A program made the translations under genes and the position numbers. A stretch of DNA of 64,000 nucleotides from Escherichia phage PBECO4, in the sequence record KC295538; one strand, written 5' to 3'. This document shows positions 9,354 to 20,755 of this stretch, in pieces (position 1 is the stretch's first letter; each line of letters begins with the position of its first letter). Under the pieces are notes generated by a model. The model was not told the origin of the DNA and did no database searches. It saw only the letters and a list, made by a program, of their open reading frames with translations.

Positions 9354-10508
9354 ATGTCAAGGTCAATTGCTGCGGCTGGACGCTATAAGTTTGGTGAATG
9401 TGGTTATGTTGTTGATGGTGCAATCCTCAATGATGGAACTAGACTAAAAAATATTAGAATCTATCGCCAAAGAAGCCATAGATTATATGATTTAGTTGAT
9501 CCAAGAACTAATATAATATATCGTAAAGTACAAATAACAACTAAAGATAATAAAGGTTATCTATTAAATTACAATAAAACTAATGACCAACTATTAAGTG
9601 AAATTAATAAAAATTGTTTCTTTGTTCGTGGATATTCTGAAGAGCCACAAGAAACTGATACTGGATTTGTATATAAATTCATGCTACATAAAACAATTTT
9701 AGGTAGTTCACAAACCTTGTATCATATGTATACACCTGAATGTGGTATTATAGATCGTGATATAGATAATATTCTCATTTCACCAGTATTTGTTGGTAAT
9801 GACTCAATTAGTGGTAAATTATTCAATACTGGTTCAGAAATTGATACTAACGGTATGGTAATAACAATCGTATTACCAGACGGAACAGAATACTTTACTA
9901 CCCAATTTGTTAATGATGCATTTACAATTCCAGTTGATGTTATCACACAATCAGGAAAAGGTACTGCTACACTCACTTCTCCATATTATAACACTAAAGT
10001 GGTGGAATTTGATGTTCTTGAAAGTGGTGAGGATATTGATTTTGTTACATCAGTTCTTCTATCCCAATTTGAACCTGTTTCGGAAGGTGTATTTTCTGCG
10101 GTTGTTCCATTTGATGTTCATGATCGTGGACAGTACTTAGCACTTCAAGCATACAGTGGTGACTTATATCAAGTTGGTGTAGATCTTTCTGTAGACGCAG
10201 AAGGTAATATTACTGTGTATCAAACTGATAATTTACCTGTTTCTTTGAGTATAATCGGAAAAACACTGCATACTACTCCTTTCCATAAAGAATATACTTT
10301 AAGTGAGTGGGTTCTCGGTGAAGACTCTATGTACTCTATCTCGGTTCCAGTAACTGAACATGGTAAAGCACTACCACAAGTTCAATTATATTCTTCAGAC
10401 AATCATGTAGTTCATAGTGAAATACAAGTGGATGAAGATGATAATGTAATTCTTAAAGTAGTAGAACCGCTTGACTGCTCAGTCGTAATAGTTGGTTACA
10501 ACGCATAA
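9354..10508 (+). CDS. hypothetical protein (lone plus-strand gene)
   Basis: 384-aa ORF; GGAGGG RBS 6 nt upstream; terminator hairpin immediately downstream. Confidence 0.6.
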   Translation: MSRSIAAAGRYKFGECGYVVDGAILNDGTRLKNIRIYRQRSHRLYDLVDPRTNIIYRKVQITTKDNKGYLLNYNKTNDQLLSEINKNCFFVRGYSEEPQETDTGFVYKFMLHKTILGSSQTLYHMYTPECGIIDRDIDNILISPVFVGNDSISGKLFNTGSEIDTNGMVITIVLPDGTEYFTTQFVNDAFTIPVDVITQSGKGTATLTSPYYNTKVVEFDVLESGEDIDFVTSVLLSQFEPVSEGVFSAVVPFDVHDRGQYLALQAYSGDLYQVGVDLSVDAEGNITVYQTDNLPVSLSIIGKTLHTTPFHKEYTLSEWVLGEDSMYSISVPVTEHGKALPQVQLYSSDNHVVHSEIQVDEDDNVILKVVEPLDCSVVIVGYNA

Positions 10509-10545
10509 TAAAAAAGCCACTACATTGTAGTGGCTTTAATTTTAT
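10509..10545. terminator. bidirectional intrinsic terminator
   Basis: aaagccactaca-ttg-tagtggcttt hairpin with flanking A/T runs between convergent genes. Confidence 0.65.
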
Positions 10546-10549
10546 CTAA

Positions 10550-11362
10550 TTATTTGAAATTGTCACGTAGAACTTCTTCAAGTGTTTTATCTGGATTGCT
10601 AATGGCTACATTATAAATCAATTCTTTAAATGCAGTTAGTGCCTGTTCAGTTGCTTCTGGACCAAAGTTCTCACTAATGCTTTTAAACATACTTTGTGCA
10701 CGTTCTGATTTGATACAACTAGTTACAAACTTGTCAATTTCATTACGAAGCTGCTTAGTTGTCATGTCACCAATGAGCATCTCACTAATTTCTTTTGGTT
10801 CATCTGCACTTGTTCGGACATTCGTAAAACCAAACACATCATCACCTGAGCCAAAGCTACGTTTTTCTTTTTTAGTTTCTTTTACTGGTTCTTCTTCAAC
10901 TTCTTGTTCGTATTCTTTAGTAAAGAGATGAGATAGTACATCATCAAGATTTTTAACCATACCGTCAATACGAGATTCAGCATTCTTGGATACATGTTTG
11001 AATGCTTGCTCTAGTGCTTTTTCTTGAATCTGGTCACGAACATTATTAACTACATTACGAAGTTTTTCATTACAGTTGTCTAAAATTTCTAATACTTCAC
11101 CAGTTTTGATTTTTTCCAAAAGTACATCTAAATCAGATTTTACATGTTGTTTTTGACTTACTTCACCATTAAGAATTGAATTCAATTCTTTAGCACCTTC
11201 AACTGCTTCTTCATGTGTTTTAAATTCAACTGGTACGTCAACACCATCCAGTACAATATTAAGCACTTTACCATCAACGTAGGCGTAGGAGTAAGATGCT
11301 TTTTTGAAAGAAATAGTTTTGAAGAAAATGTTGCTCATATTGATATACTCCTTAATGCCCAC
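10550..11362 (-). CDS. hypothetical protein
   Basis: 270-aa ORF. Confidence 0.55.
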   Translation of the reverse strand: MGIKEYINMSNIFFKTISFKKASYSYAYVDGKVLNIVLDGVDVPVEFKTHEEAVEGAKELNSILNGEVSQKQHVKSDLDVLLEKIKTGEVLEILDNCNEKLRNVVNNVRDQIQEKALEQAFKHVSKNAESRIDGMVKNLDDVLSHLFTKEYEQEVEEEPVKETKKEKRSFGSGDDVFGFTNVRTSADEPKEISEMLIGDMTTKQLRNEIDKFVTSCIKSERAQSMFKSISENFGPEATEQALTAFKELIYNVAISNPDKTLEEVLRDNFK

Positions 11363-11693
11363 TAGCTGGGAAGGTTTTAAACATATAGTGACATTGTACT
11401 AAATCATCGAACTTCAAGCCGAAGTCTTTAGTACCCATCAGTGTGTGGTAAAAATAATGCGAAATTGTATTAGTTTCAGCGTCTTTAATATAGATACCAA
11501 ATTCGGTACAGCAAAACTGGACAACTTCATTATAACTTTCTAACTTGGAAATTACAAGTACTTGATCATAAGAATTTTTATCAAATCCAATGATGTACAT
11601 TTCCTCTGTTTCTGGGTGTACAATCATCCCACCGCGAGAAATAATTTTCTCGAAGTTACTGCTCAAGTACTGAATTGTTGAACTTAAGTTCAT
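11352..11693 (-). CDS. hypothetical protein
   Basis: 113-aa ORF. Confidence 0.5.
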   Translation of the reverse strand: MNLSSTIQYLSSNFEKIISRGGMIVHPETEEMYIIGFDKNSYDQVLVISKLESYNEVVQFCCTEFGIYIKDAETNTISHYFYHTLMGTKDFGLKFDDLVQCHYMFKTFPASGH

Positions 11694-11906
11694 TTACAAC
11701 TCCTTACGTATTACTCGTCCGGTAAGATGTTCATCTGTACAGAACTTCATTATAAATGCTTTTAGATGGAAGTCTTCTAAAATTCTATATGCTTGCTTTT
11801 TCATAACGACTTCCTTCTTCTCCACATCAACAATTATATCATGTTTCTCGTGAAGTTCCTGGATCATTTGATATGAATTCAAACTTAGTACGCTCATAAC
11901 CACCAA
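11694..11906 (-). CDS. hypothetical protein (start probably at an internal Met)
   Basis: 70-aa ORF; overlaps upstream gene in another frame. Confidence 0.35.
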   Translation of the reverse strand: MVVMSVLSLNSYQMIQELHEKHDIIVDVEKKEVVMKKQAYRILEDFHLKAFIMKFCTDEHLTGRVIRKEL

Positions 11907-12213
11907 TGTCCTCCATCTCCCACAAAATTTGAACTGCCACTTCTAATTCGTGGTGAATTTGAAAATAACCATTACTTGCAGTATAGATGTAGCCATTTTT
12001 AGTAATTGCATAACCCCACTTTTTACTTTGAGAATGCATCTCACGTTTCAACCCATAAGGTGATGGTGGCTTCTTGACTGGTTCTGGTTCTCGGTTTTCG
12101 TTGTAAATCTCTTGTTCGATTCGCAACGCTTTATGATATGAGTATACATGAATCAGGCGACAAAGTACAATAGTAATGCAACAAATAATTGTAAATGTTA
12201 TCAAGCTCATCAA
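11839..12213 (-). CDS. hypothetical membrane-anchored protein
   Basis: 124-aa ORF; N-terminal hydrophobic helix. Confidence 0.5.
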   Translation of the reverse strand: MMSLITFTIICCITIVLCRLIHVYSYHKALRIEQEIYNENREPEPVKKPPSPYGLKREMHSQSKKWGYAITKNGYIYTASNGYFQIHHELEVAVQILWEMEDIGGYERTKFEFISNDPGTSRET

Positions 12214-12629
12214 TTTGCCCTCTGCCTAGATACATATTCATTAATTGCATCTTCCAAATCATACCCTGACATTTTTACATTATCAATTGAAACATGATAT
12301 TTTTTCAGCACTTTTTGTCCAGCAGTGTTCTCCCATATAGACCCATCAGGCTCAATATGAACTTTATGGTTCAGGATGAAATCGAACATTTCTTCTTTTG
12401 ATAAGTTTGCTTTACGGGTTTCAATGTGATTGGTATTAAGTAATTCACGAGTATGTTTAATGCCATATTCAGTGTGCACACCAACACTACGATGCAAAAC
12501 TTTTAACTGCTCGGAAGCAGTCTCTTCATCATAAACATGAATAGTTTCAGTACTATATAAAATATCCTGAATATTACCAGTACTTACTTCTGTCCAAGTG
12601 TCTTTGAAATGAATTTTGATTGTTTTCAT
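12210..12629 (-). CDS. hypothetical protein
   Basis: 139-aa ORF. Confidence 0.5.
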   Translation of the reverse strand: MKTIKIHFKDTWTEVSTGNIQDILYSTETIHVYDEETASEQLKVLHRSVGVHTEYGIKHTRELLNTNHIETRKANLSKEEMFDFILNHKVHIEPDGSIWENTAGQKVLKKYHVSIDNVKMSGYDLEDAINEYVSRQRAN

Positions 12630-12640
12630 GGAAGCTCGTA

Positions 12641-13087
12641 TTAGTTATATGCTGTGAATAGGTCAATGTTTTTATCATCTACACTGATTAATTTACCAGT
12701 TGAACTAACAAACACAATATTACCACCAGGGGTGATTTGAACACGCTGGTTTACTGAATATTGATCACTAAGGTTATAATTAGCCCATTCAACTACATAA
12801 CGCTGTTCAACACCGTTAGTATCATATAGATAAACGTGTGTAACGTCACGCATTTTTAAACGGTCTAACAGTGTAGAGTTGTCCATGAAATCCGATGGTG
12901 TATTGCTGCGTAATGCAATACCGAACTCACCGATAACAGTACTAATTGTCAGTCCGTTTGAAAAACGGCTACAAAGAGTTTTCTCATCAGCAATATGCAT
13001 CCATAAAACATTCTTTACATCAATATCAACAAATTCACAGTTTTCAAAAACTAAACCTACTTTGGAAACTTTACCATTAAATTGCAT
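12641..13087 (-). CDS. hypothetical protein
   Basis: 148-aa ORF. Confidence 0.5.
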   Translation of the reverse strand: MQFNGKVSKVGLVFENCEFVDIDVKNVLWMHIADEKTLCSRFSNGLTISTVIGEFGIALRSNTPSDFMDNSTLLDRLKMRDVTHVYLYDTNGVEQRYVVEWANYNLSDQYSVNQRVQITPGGNIVFVSSTGKLISVDDKNIDLFTAYN

Positions 13088-13532
13088 TAGTAACTCCTAT
13101 TTTTTTATATTTTAAAATTAAATCACTCACGGCTTTCATTAGCTTATATGGAATAGCTAACTCTTGAACAGTACTTTCCATAAAATGTTCTTCTTCTGTA
13201 TCATAAAATGTTGAACTATAGTGTTCACAATCATCTATACTATCATAAAAAGAAGACGTAAGTTTATCAACAATGACAGTGATTTGTTTGTCAGTTTTGG
13301 CACATCCTACCTGAACGGTTAATCCAATATCATCAGCCTCTACACGAATTATAAACGAATTATTAGTATAGTTCAGCCAACAATCTTCACCAAAGTATAC
13401 AACACTGTGTTTCTTCTGAAATGAAGTTGCGGTGTTAAGAACACCAATAACAACATCAACTGTTTTTTCATTTAAAATATTAGACATTTTTATTCCTGCT
13501 TCGTATGTTTCGTGAAATCTCAAATATTCCAT
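13077..13532 (-). CDS. EExxFxQxST-motif family paralog
   Basis: C-terminal TEEEHFMESTVQE. Confidence 0.55.
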   Translation of the reverse strand: MEYLRFHETYEAGIKMSNILNEKTVDVVIGVLNTATSFQKKHSVVYFGEDCWLNYTNNSFIIRVEADDIGLTVQVGCAKTDKQITVIVDKLTSSFYDSIDDCEHYSSTFYDTEEEHFMESTVQELAIPYKLMKAVSDLILKYKKIGVTNAI

Positions 13533-13908
13533 TCAACTGCTCAACAGTTAAACCCTGTAAATCGTAAACTGTTGATAGTTGAAAGAACATCTCTGAATCT
13601 ATAGTATCATGTTCAATTGGAAGACTCAAGAGGTCTTTATTAATAAAATAATCATATGTTCGAATTGTCAAAGAATCACCAAAGATATCAATGTAAAATT
13701 TCGGAACATTATGTAACGAAACATCTATTAATATGTTTTCAGCATATCTACACGAAATTTTAGAATTATTTTTATAAGATTGGTATGAAAAATTATAAGG
13801 TTCATCGACCAATGTGTATGATGAGGTATCACCTTCGGAAAATATTACACCACATTCAATAAGATGTGTTAACGACTTAGGTGGAATTTTTAACATTTCA
13901 CTTCCCAT
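13480..13908 (-). CDS. EExxFxQxST-motif family paralog
   Basis: C-terminal DSEMFFQLSTVYDLQGLTVEQL. Confidence 0.55.
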   Translation of the reverse strand: MGSEMLKIPPKSLTHLIECGVIFSEGDTSSYTLVDEPYNFSYQSYKNNSKISCRYAENILIDVSLHNVPKFYIDIFGDSLTIRTYDYFINKDLLSLPIEHDTIDSEMFFQLSTVYDLQGLTVEQLNGIFEISRNIRSRNKNV

Positions 13909-14326
13909 CCTTACTCATATTACTACGGATCACCCCACTAAGAAAACATATTTTCCTTAATGTATCATAACTGATATTTGTAAGATCATGTACAAAATTC
14001 AACTGCAAGTACATTTCTTCAGTTAATTGATTAAATGTATCATCAACATGAATGTTAGTATGTTCCGTTATATCTATTTCTATATTATTTTCCCAAATAT
14101 CAATGCTAACAGCATAGTCTGATGTATGTCTGGATTGAACTGAAATAAAAATATTATTACTGTTGTATAATGTCTCTGTGTATCCATTCAAAAATGATCC
14201 AACGACAACATCAAAAATGCCATCTCTAATTGGGTTTTTTGTTTCAAACGTATCACTACAAACTTGACGGTATACAATGTCAACATACTTATCAATTAAA
14301 GTAAACAAATAACTCATTGCATTCAC
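13898..14326 (-). CDS. EExxFxQxST-motif family paralog (diverged)
   Basis: C-terminal LTEEMYLQLNFVHDLTNISYDTL. Confidence 0.5.
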   Translation of the reverse strand: MNAMSYLFTLIDKYVDIVYRQVCSDTFETKNPIRDGIFDVVVGSFLNGYTETLYNSNNIFISVQSRHTSDYAVSIDIWENNIEIDITEHTNIHVDDTFNQLTEEMYLQLNFVHDLTNISYDTLRKICFLSGVIRSNMSKDGK

Positions 14327-14334
14327 CTATATAA

Positions 14335-14366
14335 GAAAAAAGGCCGATTCATCGAATCAGCCTTAA
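14335..14366 (-). terminator. intrinsic terminator-like hairpin
   Basis: ggccgattc-atc-gaatcagcc (one mismatch) followed by T-run on minus strand; lies 9 nt upstream of next gene start. Confidence 0.45.
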
Positions 14367-14551
14367 GTATAACACAGTAGAAGTTAAAAAGTCAACTTCT
14401 AAATTACAGCATCCAAGAGGAATAAAAAGATACTGTTAGAGGGTAACGAATATAATGAATTTGAGGGTAATATCATTATACGTAAAAAAGTGATAGCTTC
14501 TATACATAAGGAGGAATCAGTACTGACTAGAAGCTATCGGGTTAAACGATT

Positions 14552-14836
14552 TCAGTACTGAGTGTTTAGTTTAGGATGAGTATTTCCATCTTCGATTTGT
14601 TTTATAATCGAGTCACGAATTTCTACTGCCCCTTGATAACTATATTTATCTTTTGGGAACACCCATGTATATTCGCCATCAGTGGTTTTAAAATCAATAC
14701 ATGGATTATCCCTGTATTCAGATGCAATGATTGCAATAACATGTAATGAATTCAATGAATGATTTGTATAAGGATAATTATTATTATCTCTGAACGTGAA
14801 TGTTTTAAGTTCATCAGGTGCAACAATGAATTCCAT
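14552..14836 (-). CDS. hypothetical protein
   Basis: 94-aa ORF. Confidence 0.5.
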   Translation of the reverse strand: MEFIVAPDELKTFTFRDNNNYPYTNHSLNSLHVIAIIASEYRDNPCIDFKTTDGEYTWVFPKDKYSYQGAVEIRDSIIKQIEDGNTHPKLNTQY

Positions 14837-15027
14837 TATTCATCCTCGTACTTCTTGAATGGTGGAACATCTACCTTGAAGTCTTTGCACATCTTAGTTG
14901 TACGAACTTCAGTATTGTTGTGATAATTTTTCTTAAATTCATAAGAAACATAATTACGAATACCAGGTGTATGAATAATAGCAAGAACCAATGTACGACC
15001 AAACAAGCATAATAAATTCCAGAACAT
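14836..15027 (-). CDS. hypothetical small membrane protein
   Basis: 63-aa ORF; hydrophobic N-terminus. Confidence 0.4.
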   Translation of the reverse strand: MFWNLLCLFGRTLVLAIIHTPGIRNYVSYEFKKNYHNNTEVRTTKMCKDFKVDVPPFKKYEDE

Positions 15028-15036
15028 ATGAATCTC

Positions 15037-15402
15037 CTAATTGTGGGTTTTAACCAAACGTGAGACAGCTAGTATAGCATTAACCTCATCCAATGTCAAC
15101 CCACCAATGTCATTAATCATTGAGTACTGAAATAGTGATTCTTCAGTGTAATGGTAATCATGAGAAGCAATAAAGATTGCTGGTTTAGAGGCATCCAAAA
15201 TTATCTTTGTCATTGTACTATATATATCAAATTGATATAATAGATTTTCACCTGTATATGCTACGTAGATATTATTTGAATAGGCTGGATGTACCATTGT
15301 AAAACCATCATAACATAATATTTTTATGTTCGGATCGTCAAAATTGCCTGTATAAAGGTTATTACAAACATCTTGCATTATACGTACTATTAGACTAGTC
15401 AT
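15037..15402 (-). CDS. EExxFxQxST-motif family paralog
   Basis: C-terminal YTEESLFQYSMINDIGGLTLDEV. Confidence 0.55.
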   Translation of the reverse strand: MTSLIVRIMQDVCNNLYTGNFDDPNIKILCYDGFTMVHPAYSNNIYVAYTGENLLYQFDIYSTMTKIILDASKPAIFIASHDYHYTEESLFQYSMINDIGGLTLDEVNAILAVSRLVKTHN

Positions 15403-15820
15403 TTAATGGATTTAGTACCTCTTCTGGAATCAACTTTTGAACTTTAAGTATAGCTTTAATGTCCTCAAATGTTAATCCTAATGTGTCGTTAAGGAGGCAG
15501 TACTGGAAGAATTTTTCTTCAGTATCAATATCGTTAACATTCAATTCAATTGATTCATCATCATAATCATAATCTTCATTATCACATTCATAACTTCTGA
15601 ATATAACTTTTTCAAAATACACATCAAATGAATAAAAATGATTATTGAATTCATAACCAAGAAAAATATTAAAACATTTACTCAAATCTGTGGTTTGATT
15701 CAAATCTGGATCATAGCAAAATACTCTAACTTCACCAATATCTTCTAATTGTACATCATGCAGTGACCATGCGTTGTTTTTTAATACATAGTTCACCATT
15801 TTAACAATGTTGTATGTCAT
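15395..15820 (-). CDS. EExxFxQxST-motif family paralog
   Basis: C-terminal DTEEKFFQYCLLNDTLGLTFEDI. Confidence 0.55.
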   Translation of the reverse strand: MTYNIVKMVNYVLKNNAWSLHDVQLEDIGEVRVFCYDPDLNQTTDLSKCFNIFLGYEFNNHFYSFDVYFEKVIFRSYECDNEDYDYDDESIELNVNDIDTEEKFFQYCLLNDTLGLTFEDIKAILKVQKLIPEEVLNPLND

Positions 15821-15826
15821 AGTGTA

Positions 15827-15916
<90 letters not shown>

Positions 15917-15928
15917 AGAAGTAAGATA

Positions 15929-16029
<101 letters not shown>

Positions 16030-16165
16030 GCCAAGAGTCGGCATAGGTGCAGCACTACAAAGTTCTTCAAGCTGCTTGGCAGTTTCTTCACTTACTTTCA
16101 TATTGACCTCGTTAGATTAAAACCCCCAGTTTTCTTCTTGAACCATAATACACCCCATTCAATGA

Positions 16166-16204
<39 letters not shown>

Positions 16205-16261
16205 GTATTCTACAGCGACCATTTTAGCTAAAGGTGAACTGAGCATACTCGAAGTACCTCT

Positions 16262-16929
<668 letters not shown>

Positions 16930-16944
16930 TTATACCTCGCATTG

Positions 16945-17104
<160 letters not shown>

Positions 17105-17107
17105 GTA

Positions 17108-17233
<126 letters not shown>

Positions 17234-17242
17234 GTAGTATTT

Positions 17243-17602
17243 TCAGAAAAAAACCTTATTCAACACTTTAATTATCACAGAATTTAATTCATGTGGGAAC
17301 ACATTTTCATATACTGTGCGTTTCTGAAATTCATCTTCTTCATCAGCACTTAGCTGGAAGGTAATGTATTGAGCATTTATACTATTTATTATATCACGTA
17401 AAGTGTTATTTGTCCTTTTTATTTCTTCAAATGATTCAAAAACAATTACATCGTCATTTATAATAAATGATTCACCATATTCATTGAAAATGCGAATTCC
17501 AGGATTATCTTTACACCAGTTATTGGTATGGTCTGTTGTTAATTTTGAATTCAAAAATGATTTAAGAAACTCTTCATACTTTGAAATGTCTTTAACACTC
17601 AT
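17243..17602 (-). CDS. EExxFxQxST-motif family paralog
   Basis: C-terminal SADEEDEFQKRTVYENVF. Confidence 0.5.
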   Translation of the reverse strand: MSVKDISKYEEFLKSFLNSKLTTDHTNNWCKDNPGIRIFNEYGESFIINDDVIVFESFEEIKRTNNTLRDIINSINAQYITFQLSADEEDEFQKRTVYENVFPHELNSVIIKVLNKVFF

Positions 17603-17964
17603 ATCACCAACTTTAATTAAAAAAATGGATGGTGACGCTTTTAAACGCCGCTGTTAATTCAGCTTTATAACCACCCGTTTTAACTTACCTTTCGGCTACC
17701 TTGACGTGGGGCGTACAGGCTACTAAAAGCAACTTCTGTAAACATATTTCCACGCCTTACCCTTTTAAATAAAAGTCCATCCGGTTTTCCAGTTTGGTGA
17801 AGGACTTTCACCTCTAGTTTCAACCTGCTAGTCAAGTAATAATTGCCTATCGTCCAATTATCAAACCCGTCTAGGTTAACATTCACCACTTCCTAGAGTA
17901 CCAGAGATCTTGTTCTGGTTAGCATCGACGTAACTTACACCATATACGTCTGATTGTGGAATTC
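17603..17964 (-). ncRNA. candidate structured RNA or long 5' leader (alternative: 69-aa GTG-initiated ORF 17680..17889)
   Basis: GC-richer than flanks, directly downstream of consensus promoter 17965-17993; hairpin ggtgaa-agtcc-ttcacc; only ORF needs a GTG start with an RBS-like AGGAA abutting it. Confidence 0.3.
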
Positions 17965-18002
<38 letters not shown>

Positions 18003-18035
18003 ACAAATCTGGACGTTCATCTTTAAACATATTAA

Positions 18036-18059
18036 TATCCTCAGTACTGAATTATTTAG

Positions 18060-18063
<4 letters not shown>
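18036..18063 (-). repeat. 23-nt promoter-repeat copy 2 (poor -10)
   Basis: plus-strand cagtactgaattatttagtcaag; TTGACT present but no good -10 at 16-18 nt spacing. Confidence 0.45.
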
Positions 18064-18473
<410 letters not shown>

Positions 18474-18481
18474 CTTTTTTT

Positions 18482-18645
<164 letters not shown>

Positions 18646-18649
<4 letters not shown>

Positions 18650-18810
18650 GTTCGTACCATTATTTCAATAAAGAACCACGGATACGCTTCATGGTTTATA
18701 AGTTTATCGTATTCTGCTGGGTCTGACATGATTTCCCAATGATACTTTCTCCAGTTACCGAAACCTGCATATCTAAAATTAATGTCATTCATCCATTCTT
18801 CATGCGTCAT
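18646..18810 (-). CDS. MTHEEW-family small protein (copy a)
   Basis: 54-aa ORF by manual translation; MTHEEWMNDINFRYAGFGNW...WFFIEI; AAAGG RBS upstream. Confidence 0.45.
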
Positions 18811-18814
18811 GGTT

Positions 18815-18916
<102 letters not shown>

Positions 18917-18920
18917 ATTT

Positions 18921-19036
<116 letters not shown>

Positions 19037-19053
19037 ATGTGATGTCCCATTAT

Positions 19054-19326
19054 TTATGATTCAGTTTGAGGATTAAATTTGATAAATTCATCTTTATGTT
19101 CATCTTCAAACGCAATATCTTCTACGTATTCAGGCCAAATCGTAGTGTCTCCTTGATAAAAGCGATAATTATCAAATACTGCACTACGCGTTCTTCCCTG
19201 TTCCCAGCCAATCGTACAGTCATGATATACATCCCCACTACTTGTACGAATACTAATGGTGTCTTGAGTTTCATAAAGAACTTCAATGCGTGTGTTACGA
19301 TTTACGTTGAATTTTTCAAAATGCAT
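19054..19326 (-). CDS. hypothetical protein
   Basis: 90-aa ORF. Confidence 0.45.
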   Translation of the reverse strand: MHFEKFNVNRNTRIEVLYETQDTISIRTSSGDVYHDCTIGWEQGRTRSAVFDNYRFYQGDTTIWPEYVEDIAFEDEHKDEFIKFNPQTES

Positions 19327-19379
19327 AATATTATCCTCATCTAGAACCAGTGATAATCATTATATAATGAATTAATGAT

Positions 19380-19706
19380 TTATGCAAGTGTTTTAGATAC
19401 ACCGACACCAATAATTCCAGTGATATCGATATGGATATTGGCAAGTTGATTACTATCATATGGGTTTGTTTCTGTAATAACCAATGTTGTATCATTGACT
19501 AAAACCACAGTACCTTTTACACGATAACCATGTAGTAGTACTTGAACCTCATCTTCAGGTTTTAATGATTGAATAACTTCAAATAAAGTTGTTTCCATTT
19601 TTTGTATTCCTTGTTTAGTTTTGATTATTTGACTTTCTAAATGCCAGTTCGCATATAAACCAGGGTTTTCTGGTATCCAAAACATATGACCTGAAAAGAT
19701 TTTCAT
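19380..19706 (-). CDS. hypothetical protein (true start may be internal Met near 19598)
   Basis: 108-aa ORF; 5' part overlaps MTHEEW copy c in another frame. Confidence 0.4.
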   Translation of the reverse strand: MKIFSGHMFWIPENPGLYANWHLESQIIKTKQGIQKMETTLFEVIQSLKPEDEVQVLLHGYRVKGTVVLVNDTTLVITETNPYDSNQLANIHIDITGIIGVGVSKTLA

Positions 19707-19815
19707 CTCTTAATATATCATAATGTACCTGACGAATGCCATTCCCAAAGCAGTCATGTTCTTTATGCTGTTTGGACATCCATTCTTCGTGTGTCATTTT
19801 ATGTATCCAGTACAA
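19615..19815 (-). CDS. MTHEEW-family small protein (copy c)
   Basis: MYWIHKMTHEEWMSKQHKEHDCFGNGIRQVHYDILRDENLFRSYVLD...WFICELAFR. Confidence 0.55.
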   Translation of the reverse strand: MYWIHKMTHEEWMSKQHKEHDCFGNGIRQVHYDILRDENLFRSYVLDTRKPWFICELAFRKSNNQN

Positions 19816-20014
19816 TTAAGTGCTGCATCTCTTCTTTTGTAAAGAAAGCACTGTCATGAACAATAGAACCAGTCTTATCAACTACATAGTACAGGTTTCC
19901 ATATTGTTGAACATCAATTCCGTCAATTTCAATTCGTGGAAAATTTTGGACAATACAGTCTGCACCGAAAACCTCACCAAAAAAGTTTCCTGCTGGATTG
20001 ATAATGACTTTCAT
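19799..20014 (-). CDS. hypothetical protein
   Basis: 71-aa ORF. Confidence 0.45.
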   Translation of the reverse strand: MKVIINPAGNFFGEVFGADCIVQNFPRIEIDGIDVQQYGNLYYVVDKTGSIVHDSAFFTKEEMQHLIVLDT

Positions 20015-20032
20015 ATTAAATCACCTTTATTG

Positions 20033-20114
<82 letters not shown>

Positions 20115-20138
20115 GTAATAACTATTATATTTATCTTA

Positions 20139-20333
20139 CTATTTTTTGTCTCTAATAGCAAGCTCGTAGATGAACCAGTGGTTGGAATCTTCGTCCAAAA
20201 CCAATGATTCGAACGTTTTTTTATCGTTCAAAACATCATAATGGCCTTGGCGTATACCAAATCCAAAATGATCATGTTTATATTTTAGTGACTCTATCCA
20301 TTCTTCATGTGTCATTTTATGTATCCAGTTCAA
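20139..20333 (-). CDS. MTHEEW-family small protein (copy d)
   Basis: MNWIHKMTHEEWIESLKYKHDHFGFGIRQGHYDVLNDKKTFESLVLDEDSNHWFIYELAIRDKK. Confidence 0.55.
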   Translation of the reverse strand: MNWIHKMTHEEWIESLKYKHDHFGFGIRQGHYDVLNDKKTFESLVLDEDSNHWFIYELAIRDKK

Positions 20334-20393
20334 TTAAGTGTTTCATTTATTCTTCTGTAAAGAAAGCATTGCAATGGACAATGGAAAAGGTTA

Positions 20394-20573
20394 TTATATT
20401 TTTTTGTCTCTAACCGCAAGCTCATAGATGAACCAACGATTTCCATTCTCATCTAGTACATATGATTCGAACTTATATTTGTCTCGTAAAATATCGAAAT
20501 GACCATCAATAAATCCATTTCCAAACTGGTCATAACGTTTTTTCATCATTGCCATCCATTCTTCATGTGTCAT
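20394..20573 (-). CDS. MTHEEW-family small protein (copy e)
   Basis: 59-aa ORF by manual translation: MTHEEWMAMMKKRYDQFGNGFIDGHFDILRDKYKFESYVLDENGNRWFIYELAVRDKKI; ATGA overlap with upstream ORF. Confidence 0.5.
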   Translation of the reverse strand: MTHEEWMAMMKKRYDQFGNGFIDGHFDILRDKYKFESYVLDENGNRWFIYELAVRDKKI

Positions 20574-20755
20574 CTCTTAATATCCATAACGGCTATACTA
20601 AAATATGTACCAAAATCATCACAATTGATAATGTTGTTATAGTACTCAATTGGGTTACGCAATGATATATACAATTCAAGCTTAAAATAGTATATATCTG
20701 CTGCATTTATATTATAGTGTAGATTAAACCACTCATCAAATGTCTTAGGCTGCAT
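20570..20755 (-). CDS. hypothetical protein
   Basis: 61-aa ORF. Confidence 0.4.
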   Translation of the reverse strand: MQPKTFDEWFNLHYNINAADIYYFKLELYISLRNPIEYYNNIINCDDFGTYFSIAVMDIKR

